Origin: Rhizophagus irregularis | Taxonomy: Eukaryota | Reading direction: 5' to 3' | DNA length: 64,000 nt | NCBI RefSeq assembly: GCF_026210795.1 | Contig: NC_089436.1 | Span: forward strand, 186,001-250,000 | Part shown: positions 48,045 through 57,753 of the stretch, piece by piece | Layout of the letters: every line of letters begins with the position of its first letter | Position numbering within the stretch: the first letter of the stretch is position 1 | Translations under genes and position numbers: made by a program | Notes under the pieces: generated by a model | Seen by the model: the letters and a program-made list of their open reading frames with translations, nothing else | Databases searched by the model: none | What the model was told of the DNA's origin: nothing

Positions 48045-50345
48045 TTATTCCTCATTATCATCATAATTATCGTCATTATTATCACCGTCATCCATACCTA
48101 ATACATCATCTATATCATAATCATAGTCACCTTCTCTGGGTCTCTTGTTATTACCACTATCATCAACTTTATCATCTTCCGCATTATTTTCATCTGAATC
48201 ATCCAATATATCTCTTGGAATATCGCCGATTTCACTAGTAATTGAATCATGCGATAAATTAACAAATTGATCAATCCATAGACTTTCGATTACTACACGG
48301 CAATTGTCTTCGGGTATTGTTTCGCCGCTTGTAGTTAATCTCTGAGTAGAAGCTTGCTCCTCATTATATTCCTCATCGTCATCTTCTGCAAAAGCTTCTG
48401 CAATACGTATATTGATCTCATCATCACTAAGACGAGTATTCTTTTTTTGATCAATTCCATAAAATCCAAGTTCAGTTTTTGAATTGGATTTCCAATACAA
48501 AATTAATTTGCACATGGATTCTAGTTTATCCACATTAAGATTTAAGCGATGTTTATGAAATAGCCATCCTAAAGTCGAAAATCCACGTTCGCAAGTTGCT
48601 GAGTTAGGACATATTGCAAATAGATAACTTGCAATTCTTGGTAGGACATCTGGTTCTGGTTCAGTATTAATATATTTCCACCAATTCACGGGATTATCTT
48701 TAGCAAAACCGATATCTAGGTCAAATGGCTCTTGCTCATTAATATATTTCTGTATTTGATCACATAAAGTTTCAGCTTCGTAACGGTCGAAACCTAAATT
48801 TTTCCCGATTGAAGCTGCACATTTGATAATTCTCATGAGGGCGCATTTTTTAAGTGGCGCGTTTCTAAATCTGGGATCCATAAAAAAACAAGTAATATAC
48901 TTATCATCATCGAATTCATCAAATCTTTCATTTATTACTTTGATACAATGACTTCGGAATGCAGGATTTAATGATTTGGGTAACTTTTTTAATGTAGCTG
49001 CAAGTCTTGCCAAGCTCAGGAAACAATCTGCAAGTGTAGCTCTTCTCGATTCTAATGAAAGTACCGCTTTTCTTAGAGGATCCAGAACAAATCCAAGAAC
49101 TCGTAAATTTGAAAAAAAATTTCTCGATTGAATAATCGGTTTTATTTTATCATTTGTTAGCACTTTATCGTGATCGCTGGCCATTTCTTCTAGTGCTGAT
49201 TCCAAATTTATTACTGAATTTACGGATTCACTAGCAGTAGTCCAGCGTGTCTTGCAATATAATTTTAATCCTCCTCCACTAATTCCTTTTTCTTTAATTA
49301 TTTGAGCAAGTTTTGCATTAGCCTGATGAGAACTTCTAAAAAAGGTTGTCAAAATATTAACACGTTTTAATAAACGTTCCCCAAACTTCTCCTTGACGAT
49401 GTCGCATGCAATTAAATTGATAGAATGTGCAACGCATCGCACATTCTCAATCTTTGGATGATTCTCATGTATAATTTTTCGTGCATTACGAACATTGGCT
49501 GCATTATCGGAAACTACAGCACATATTCGATCTTCTCCAATACCTTCTATAACCTTTTCAATTACCGTAACTAGATATTCTGCAGTGTGCGAATTTTCAG
49601 ACAAATCAGAAAGTTGATAAAGATATTCTTTACGCGACGGAGTCATTACAATGAAGTTCCAAATTGAACGATGTGTACCAGACGTCCAACCATCAAAGGC
49701 TAAATTATAAATTAATATTATATAATAAGTAAGATTAAATAAAAATGACGTATGATAGCCTATTTAATTTAACAAACCTAACGTTAAATTCGTTTCCTTT
49801 TCAAGCTCAGAATTAACTTTGAAGTTCACTTGAGCTAATTCACGTTCAAGTAGTTGATTTACTAATACTTCCCTTGTTGGTGTATTGTACCCGGCATTAA
49901 GCTCTTTTATAAAATTGATGAAAAAGGGATGTTCCACTACTCTAAACGCAATTCCGCACGCAATAAAAAATTTAACTAATGCACAATTAATTCGTGTACA
50001 TCTTTGTTCGTTAAGCTCTGTTGAATCATAGTAATCATCCATGTTACTTTGACCTTTAGAATATTTTCTTTTTTTGGATGACTTGGACTTATCTTGCCGT
50101 TCCATTACTTTAGTCATATACCTTCTAACAACTGCTGCTGGCGCATCTGGACAATGGTTTGAAAGATGCTCTTCGAGCTTTGAAACTTCACCGCGTGACC
50201 ATGTATTCTTACAGTACTTGCAGGAGGCGGCAAATTTGCCAGAACCAACAGCTTCTCCTTTATTAATATCTTCCCAAATGCTATTAGGTGGCCGACCTCC
50301 TCTATTTTTCATTTTAATGGGTGAATCTTCTATATGATCAGTCAT
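48045..50345 (-). CDS. hAT transposase, apparently intact; exons 50345-49778 and 49699-48045
   Basis: BED finger CKYC..HLSNHC; spliced junction gives TLAFDGWT; SDNAAN, CVAH, TRW, CERGFS (hATC dimerisation domain). Confidence 0.93.
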
Positions 50346-51468
50346 TTGAAACAGTTTATTATTAATATTATTATTAAGAAAACGGAAGAAAGTAAAAGAA
50401 ACTTTAGTTCAGTGTTAAAGAAGATGACGGAATAGGGTTTATTAAATGCATGTTACGCATTTTCCTTTAATGAATATAAGCCCCTTAAAAAAAAACTGTA
50501 AAAACGTGTAATATCATAATATTAATATGGGAGTTAGAAATGAAAATTCTAACACTAGATAAAGCTTAAAAGAACTAAGACGACGGTAAAATATTGAAGT
50601 TTAATCTTTTATCTGTAGATTATTTGATCATCTAAATTATATTATTAATTGGTGTAACTTGGCGTAACTATATGCAAATCTTATGATCAACTATGCAGAA
50701 ACTACGGAGAAACCTATTATAGAGGTTTCGGCATGTTTCGGCAGTTTCGCAATTTTGACAGGTTTCGCAGTTTCGGCGTTTCGGCGTTTCGGCACTATAT
50801 AAGAGGTTTCACCTTTCGGCATTAGGCCAAACAGGTTTCGGCAAGCAACCTTAACTGGTGCTAATGATTCTGATTCTTCTGTATATAGGCGGATGATTAT
50901 CTTAGTATCTGTAAGGCTTCCATGACCTCCATGCAGTGAGATGTAGTTAACATTTTCTTGAATAGCCTTAGGAATGGCAAAGAATCTTTGGGCTACATAA
51001 ATACATGAAATATTTTTGTGTCGTCCATGTGTAAAGTAACCAGTGATGAGATCCTGGATTTTTTTAGGTGCATCCATCAGATCCTCAAAGATTACCACAG
51101 TAGCTTGAGTAGGGTCGAAGGAGTCAATCTCTGGAATCTTACTATGGGTTACTGCAGTAAATGGGATCTTCTCCTCTTCGAAAAAATCATGTACAACTGC
51201 CCACTTCAGCTCGTCAAGATATCTGCCAACTAAAAGTACTGCATCACATAGTATATACCGATTACCATCCTCCTTTGCCTTCTTGTCACCCATTAACAAG
51301 TTAATGATCATAGTTGTTTTACCTGAGTCTGAGCTACCTGCTACGGCTAATTGAAAGGGCCATGATGATGGAGCAAACTCATTGCCTTGTCTTGAGTCGG
51401 TCGTGTACTCGTCCAAATTGTATACATAAAGATCCATTTGAATTTTATTCTAACTTAGTTTAAATACT

Positions 51469-53678
51469 ATGTTGACATCAATACCAATTCCAGTTTATAC
51501 TCCTTCAGAACCTACTGGACCGCCTCCTGCACACTTGGCCAATGAAGAAGATGATGATGAATTAGTTAGAATACTAAAGGCTCATGCAAATTTATTGACT
51601 ACCAGGGGTCGTTTAACTGTTGATTCAGAGATACAGGAGGCAAATAATCAAATCAAACATATTATTAATATATTAATGTATCGCTGTAAAGCAAAACATG
51701 AAGAACTTGGTATTACAAAAGATTTGTTAGTTTTTGCACAAGGTAAGATAAATGCATTTGATGAAACATTTACTAATTTAGAACGACAATTAGTTATTAT
51801 ACGTGCTGCCAATGATAATTTTATAGAAGAAAACCATAACCTGCAAAGAGATTATGATACTATGGTAGAGCTTCGTCGACGGGCTATAGGTGAACGTAAT
51901 CAGGCATGACATGAACGTAATGTATTACAAGCAGATTATACTCAAGCAGTAATGGATCGTAATGAGGCTCAAAATGCTGTGAATCGTGGTAATATCCTTC
52001 TAAATCATTGGCGGCTGAGGGCTACTCAGACTGAAGGACAATTTGTATTGGCTAATATGCAACTTGAACAGGTTAATGCACAGCTAGCATATGCTAATAA
52101 TAGGGTGCGTTTTGGGATTCAGACATTAGGGAGACTTAGGAATAGACTTTTCCAACAGATAGCTACTCTTAGAATTCAGGTACAATGGTTTCGAATTAGA
52201 CAATTGAACCCTCCTCCACCTCTTTTAAACAATCCACTAGAGACGATATGGCTACCACTGCGATAGGATTGCCAATTTTTGAGGGTAAAGCTACTGATGA
52301 TATTGATACATTTGTTAGGCTTTATATGGGTTATCTTGATACTATCAATCTTAACCCATACGCTGCTGGAGGGCCACCAGAGTCTTGGAAAAGAGCTATG
52401 GGTATACTTAGAAGCTGCATGGCTGGTAAAGCGGCTGAATGGTTTGATCAAGAAATTACAGGAAAAAATTGGGAACTTTCTGGTATCACTTCAGCTGGTG
52501 GAGCTAATTTAGCTGCTTTTGTAGCATTAGTAATACCAGAAGCTGCAGGAGGACCGAATGCAGGTATCTATGTAAATGGGTCTGAAGTATAAATCTATTC
52601 AAGAGATCCAGTTAATGCATTAGCAACTATCAAAGCAGCATTTATTCCTACTCATGATTTAATGGGTGAAGATGAAGCTTGGAAAAGAGCTGGTGCTCGT
52701 CCGACAGATAGAGTTGCTCCGGCTACTGCAGATGCTGGTGTTGCTGCTAATAATAATCATTCTATAGTTTTTCCAGTTATTAAACCTAACCAGGCGCTTT
52801 ATTGGCTTAGAACACAATTTCCAACTGTTTTAGATGAAAAGAAACGTATCCGTTTTAACAGTCTTTACCAGGAAAATGAGCCAGTTGATGCATTTTATAG
52901 AACTGTAAAGAGGGCTGGAAAATTACTAAGACTAACTGATGATCTTATTATCGACCAGTTCTTTAGAGGTCTTTCAGCTGATAATATTTTCGAAGCAGAA
53001 AGGTTTCACAATCTTAATCCTGATGACTTGGTTAGACATCTGAGAAATTTAGAACGGAGAAGGGCTGAAATGCGCTTGGAGTTACAAAATAGAAATCGGC
53101 GACTTCGAGCAGATTACAGTGATGTAACTCAACCTCCGTTAGGAAAACAGGAATCTGTCATACTGACATCAAAGTCAACTGGGGTTACTCAAGAACGATT
53201 ACAAGAGTTGCTTAAGGCTCAGGCTGAAGAACTTACCAAAAATTTCCAGGTGCAATTTAAACAATTACAGGCTCAGCCAGTTCGTAATCCACCAGTCTAT
53301 AGACAGCAGATTAAACCTGTTCGACCAAAACCACAGAGACGTGTTGTTCAGGATCATCAGGATCCTGATTGGGATGATGGTTATGTAGAACCTGATGTTG
53401 GTGATGACCCTGATGCTCCTGAGTGGACTTTGGATGATCATCAAAATGCTATTGATCTTATTATGGGATATAAATGTGGGACGTCTAAAATACTTACAAA
53501 TCAACTTCAGAAGGCTAAAGATAGACGTGATGATCTGGATTTAGCCCGAGCAATGAAAAACCTTGATCTTAACAATGATGCTATGGACATTGATACTGTG
53601 AGTTTTGGTGAAAAGGTAGAATTGAGAGAAAAAGATGGTGATGTCTATATGGTTCGTGTTGGGTCAAAAAAAAAGTAG
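51469..53678 (+). pseudogene. Gag-like polyprotein: long coiled coil + retrotransposon capsid-like domain (stops at 51907 and 52590; frameshift ~52240)
   Basis: LPIFEGKATDDIDTFVRLY..AMGILRSCMAGKAAEWF..LRTQF..FNSLYQENEPVDAFY..IIDQFFRGL follows the Ty3/Gypsy Gag CA pattern also seen in the 27128-32125 Gag. Confidence 0.75.
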
Positions 53679-54415
53679 GTTCGAGTATCTCAAAACTTCT
53701 TAAGTCGTCCCCAAATAAGACAGCAGTTAGCTCTTCTAGTGTGCCCTTAAAAGGCAAAGCAACCCCTGTTAAGATTCCTGTGAAAGTTACTGGTAGTAAG
53801 TCTACACCTGCAAAAGCTGTTACTAAGAATGACTTATTAAGCCTGTTAAGGTCTGCAGACTTTAGGAAATTACTCTGTGAGATTCTTCAGGAGGAGATGA
53901 TGTCTGCTAGAAAAGTCACAGAGATTTCAGATGACTTAGCTAAGGAGGAACAAGAAGAGGATATCAGGGAATACGATCCTATGGATATTGATATAGCTCG
54001 TTTGGAGAATATTAAAGATCTATTAGCACTTAATGGGGAGGTTAATGGGATAGCAATTCAGTGTTTAGCAGACACTTGTGCTAATGCGTCTTTTATTCAG
54101 AGAGAAGCTGCTGAGGAATTAGGGTTGGATATCGACAAGAGTATTACATACAACATATCTGGTGCTCCAGGAACAGGTAGGACATTCGGCATGGTAAAGG
54201 GAGTGTTAATCAAACTTACCCCTGATTATGCTATCACTGAGAATCTTGCAGTTTTAGATGGATACAAGCATAGGGAAATTGGATTGAGCCGGACGTGTCT
54301 GAAATGTTACAATTATGATGTCCATGAATCACGTGAACATGTCGCCCTTACCTGTGATGGAAAGAATGTTTTTATCCCAATAGTTGCTGATGTTAATCGA
54401 GGAGACAAAAAATAA
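53675..54415 (+). CDS. Retropepsin-like aspartic protease in the -1 frame after Gag
   Basis: GEVNGIAIQCLADTCANASFI..ELGL..ISGA..IGLS; frame open from the A AAA AAG slippery site (53669-53675). Confidence 0.8.
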   Translation, partial: VGSSISKLLKSSPNKTAVSSSSVPLKGKATPVKIPVKVTGSKSTPAKAVTKNDLLSLLRSADFRKLLCEILQEEMMSARKVTEISDDLAKEEQEEDIREYDPMDIDIARLENIKDLLALNGEVNGIAIQCLADTCANASFIQREAAEELGLDIDKSITYNISGAPGTGRTFGMVKGVLIKLTPDYAITENLAVLDGYKHREIGLSRTCLKCYNYDVHESREHVALTCDGKNVFIPIVADVNRGDKK

Positions 54416-54441
54416 GACCCTTTAATTCTTCTATTTTTTTT

Positions 54442-55532
54442 TTATTCCCAAAATTTGCGAATTAAGTCAGGAACATCCTCCTTCAACTGGTCAGCAGGTT
54501 CCCAAGTAGCCTCAGTATCTGGGTATCACTCCCACTTAACCAAATACTGGTCTTGACCTTTTCTAATGCAATGCCGAAGTATCTGCTCAGGAACAAATCT
54601 TTCAGGTTGTCCTCTTATCACAGAGTCAGGTGGAGGCTTTTCATTAATAGGAACTACTTGCAATTCCTTTCGGGTATATGCACATCTGAATACACCTAAT
54701 CGACCATGTGGTCCGTTAAGAAGATATGTAGGAGGTTGTTCGGGTGAGAGTATCATTTTTTTGATTACACGAATGTTTGGGTTCCATCTTATGTCACCTG
54801 TACGGAATTTTCCGTAAAGTTTGTTACCAAGTACAGAAATAGGTTTATCTAACTTGACTCTGACACGTGTTCCTTCAGAGAGGAGATCTGTCTTTTTTGA
54901 CACTTTAGGTGATCCTATCGGAATGTCTGGGGGATTTCTCTGCCAGAGTTCATTTACTTTACTCACTATATTATGGAAATCTTCTGACCATTCCATGGAT
55001 GTCACCCCAGTTTTCAACTCTTGTGCAACCATTCGTTTTAGGAGAGGTTCTTGGATTGCTTGGATGGCTCGTTCGGCATATGACTGCTGTTTATGTCTAC
55101 CTAGTTCGCCGAACCTCATCATTACCCTAGGCTTTTCAGGAAAAAATCACGTACCTGGTCGTTAGTGAATTCTGATCCGGAGTCCGTCTCCAGTCGGTGT
55201 GTTGGAGGCTTGATACGATTTCTTCTGTAGATTTTGACAAACCCGTTTAGAACTCTATTTGCAGTCTTATCCTTTAGGGGTTCTGCATCAACTCTCTTTC
55301 CTGCAACTTCCACCACTACGAGAAAATAGTGGAATTTTTTGGGGTCAACTGGCATCTCTGCAAGATCTGCCTGATGTGTTGCATTTAGTTTCCATACAAT
55401 TACCTTTGGACGTTCTGTTGACTTTTCCTTTAGAGGCTTTTTGTATAGGTTGTAGTGCTCTTCACCTTTTAGAATTTGTGCTGGTACTCCAGAGAGATTG
55501 TAGTACTTATAGTAATTCTCTAAGTGTGACAT
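54442..55532 (-). pseudogene. rve (DDE) integrase with C-terminal chromodomain (frameshift ~55125, stop 54526)
   Basis: HQADL, ETDSGSEF, SYAERAI; VRVKL..RW SH3-like segment; chromodomain FVPEQIL..YLVKWE*YPDTEATWEP. Confidence 0.88.
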
Positions 55533-55576
55533 ATTACGACAAATTAAAGAAATGGTTTTAGACTTCAAATCTTAAG

Positions 55577-55908
55577 ATGACACGTTTTTACTGCCTAAAG
55601 TGCAAGAAGGAAACTGAAACTGCTAGTGAAATACAAGATATGACTACAAATGGATGTTATCGTTTACATGGTGATTGTACAGTTTGTGGCATGCATAAGA
55701 ATACTTTTACTGGAGTAGACTGGGTGATCAAGAAGAAGACTAAGGAGAAAAAGAAAGAAACCGCTGCTAAGAGATAGCAGACGGCTTACAATCAGCAATG
55801 CAAAAAATCAGACAGAAAATTTTAGATGCTGATGACACTTGCAAGTAGTGTATTGATAAATGTCTTAAAGAGCAAAAAAGAGAAAGACGGATTAGTACTG
55901 CCTTCTAA
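55577..55908 (+). pseudogene. Small zinc-ribbon protein (DUF5679-like) with basic tail, disrupted
   Basis: FYCLKCKKET..GDCTVCG; stop at 55775 followed by a continuing CKK..CIDKC segment. Confidence 0.6.
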
Positions 55909-55934
55909 ACTTATCTGGATACACTCTATTTCCA

Positions 55935-56401
55935 ATACCCATTGTTCAATTACTTATTTTTTCTGACGGGGGTGGGACGGGGTTGGTCTTACTGGCTCTA
56001 TAGACCTTCTAGGGGTTTACCTGTTAATCTACCTAATTTGCTATCTCATTAGCTTATACAGATGATCAGACGGAATCCTGTACATGTGGAAGATGTTCTG
56101 GATGTGGAGGATCTGGGGGGGTAAAATCAAAACTTTTTTCTGGGGGAATCCCTCTCCCGATATTTTTAAAATATCCTCCACATCCTCCACATCCTCCACA
56201 CTCTTCTGATTCCCTCTTATTTTCCTCTCTTTTCCCTTATTTTATCCTTTTTTGTTATATATTTTTGTGGAGGATCTATGTGGAGGATTGTGGAGGATAT
56301 ATGGGGGATTCCTGAGCCCCGTAGGGGCCATATAGGTACTGCGACAGGTCGTAGACCCAGAGGTGGGAGGTGCTTGCACCACCCACATCCAGCTGGATGA
56401 C
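55935..56401 (-). repeat. Right TIR of the Polinton-like element
   Basis: Inverted copy of 35860-36315 with scattered substitutions and one extra TCCTCCACA unit. Confidence 0.92.
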
Positions 56402-56402
56402 T

Positions 56403-57600
56403 ATATATATATATATTTTTAATATTATGAATGGTTACTAATAACCATTTTTTACTTTTTTTTAGACTTCGGTAGGCTTCTGACCTTTAGGAAAAGAGGA
56501 ACCAAGATTTGTAAATATGAATCTTGGTTTATTTTTTATATATATATTTTTTTAGAAAATTTCTAAGTTTACACGGGGTGTTTGTACACGGGTCATATAA
56601 ATATAATTTTTAATAGACTAATTTTTTGTTTTTTAATTTGAAATTGAATGTTACCAACATTATACTCTTTTACTTTTTATTCTTATTATATTACAGATAA
56701 ATATACGTATTTTCACCTGCTCTGCAAGTTTACTTAAGGCATTAAAGGAGGTTTTGAATGCCGTTTTTAATCTACTAATATGACCCATGTTTAAACACTC
56801 TGTGTACAAATAGAAATTGCCATTTTTTTAATATTATGAACGGTTACTAATAACCATTTTTTACTTTTTTTAGATTCGGTGGACTTCCAACCTTTGGGAA
56901 AAGTGGAATCAAGATTCGTAAATATGAATCTTGGTTTATTTTTTATATATTATTTTTTAATATTGTGAACGGTTACTAATAATCGTTCTTTACTTTTTTT
57001 AGGTTCAGTGATATCTGAGTTCTGAAGAACAGAAAAGAACTAAGATTCATACTTACGAATTTTGGTTTTATTTTTCTTATTTTTTTTTAAAAAAAATATT
57101 ATGAACGGTTACTAACCATTCAGTTCTTTTTTTATAGGTTTCAGGTGGGCTTCTGAAGAATGAAAAAGAACTAAGATTTGTAAGTATTATGAATCTTAGT
57201 AGTTTTTTTTTTTAAAAAAAGAAATGTTATACTGTATTAACGTTTCTATTTCTTTATTTTGTAGGAACTCTGGGGCTTTCTTTCTCTCCTTCCCTTTCAC
57301 TATTTCCATTCCTCTATCTTTTACTTTTGTAGGACAGTTTCTTGGAATTTTCTTCAGCTTCGGTAAGTTTCTTTTGTAGAATCGGTAAGTTTTATTTTTT
57401 TATTATTAATTTTGGTTTTTTTTTATTAATTTTTTTTTATCTTTTTTTTGTAGTTTCAATTTCCTTATCCTGGATGATAGGATTGATCAGTAAGTTTCAA
57501 AATGTTTTGTTTGAAACTTTTTTTAAAGTTTTTTTTTTAATTTTGTTTTTCCAAATTTTATTTCAGGTCGGACTTAAATTTATTTTTTTCTTTAGATATA
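56403..57600 (+). repeat. Array of micro-exon/intron-like repeat units (right part)
   Basis: Same unit type and orientation as 22200-22790 (GGTTACTAATAACC..TAG|..TTCTGAAGAA..AAGATT|GTAA). Confidence 0.7.
56572..56804. mobile_element. Tc1/mariner-type MITE
   Basis: Imperfect 27-bp TIR CACGGGGTGTTTGTACACGGGTCATAT / ATATGACCCATGTTTAAACACTCTGTG, with TA on both sides. Confidence 0.75.
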
Positions 57601-57753
57601 GTGAGACGACTTTTAATATTCGTTCTTTTCAAGATGCAGATTACATACATGCATAATTGTGAAATTGTGTATAATTATTGTTATTTATACATTAGATAGA
57701 TATGTATTATATATTTAAGTGTTTTAATAAATTAATAAATTTGAAATTGAAAC

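Larger units (their letters stand above)
46375..50853 (-). mobile_element. Autonomous-looking hAT transposon with a Myb/SANT cargo gene
   Basis: 19-bp perfect TIR TAAGGTTGCTTGCCGAAAC; perfect 8-bp TSD ACTGGTGC (46367-46374, 50854-50861); subterminal GCCGAAAC repeats. Confidence 0.95.
45724..51437 (-). pseudogene. A32/FtsK-like genome-packaging ATPase with C-terminal extension, split by the hAT insertion
   Basis: Walker A AGSSDSGKTT, Walker B VVIFED, FTHGRHKNISCIYVAQ; removing the hAT restores ESLAPV|IDDLTLQHEFVVFDLRR.., then one TAG (46126) in frame with ORF 45724-46092. Confidence 0.88.
35860..56401. mobile_element. Polinton/Maverick-like (virus-like) self-synthesising element carrying Gag-protease
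   Basis: ~460-bp TIRs; SF3 helicase, pPolB, A32-like ATPase, rve integrase-chromodomain; dense intronless ORFs with visibly higher GC than the flanks; no TSD found. Confidence 0.9.

Noticed and set aside
50691..50853. C-terminal 54 aa of the 248 aa ATPase ORF in the track
   Set aside because: Read-through into the hAT terminus; the true continuation is at 46366 and below
51469..55532. Gag, protease and integrase read as one LTR retrotransposon
   Set aside because: The integrase is on the opposite strand and of Polinton type; no RT, RNase H, LTR, PBS or PPT is present
57342..57656. Phe-rich hydrophobic ORF
   Set aside because: Artefact of T-rich repeat sequence
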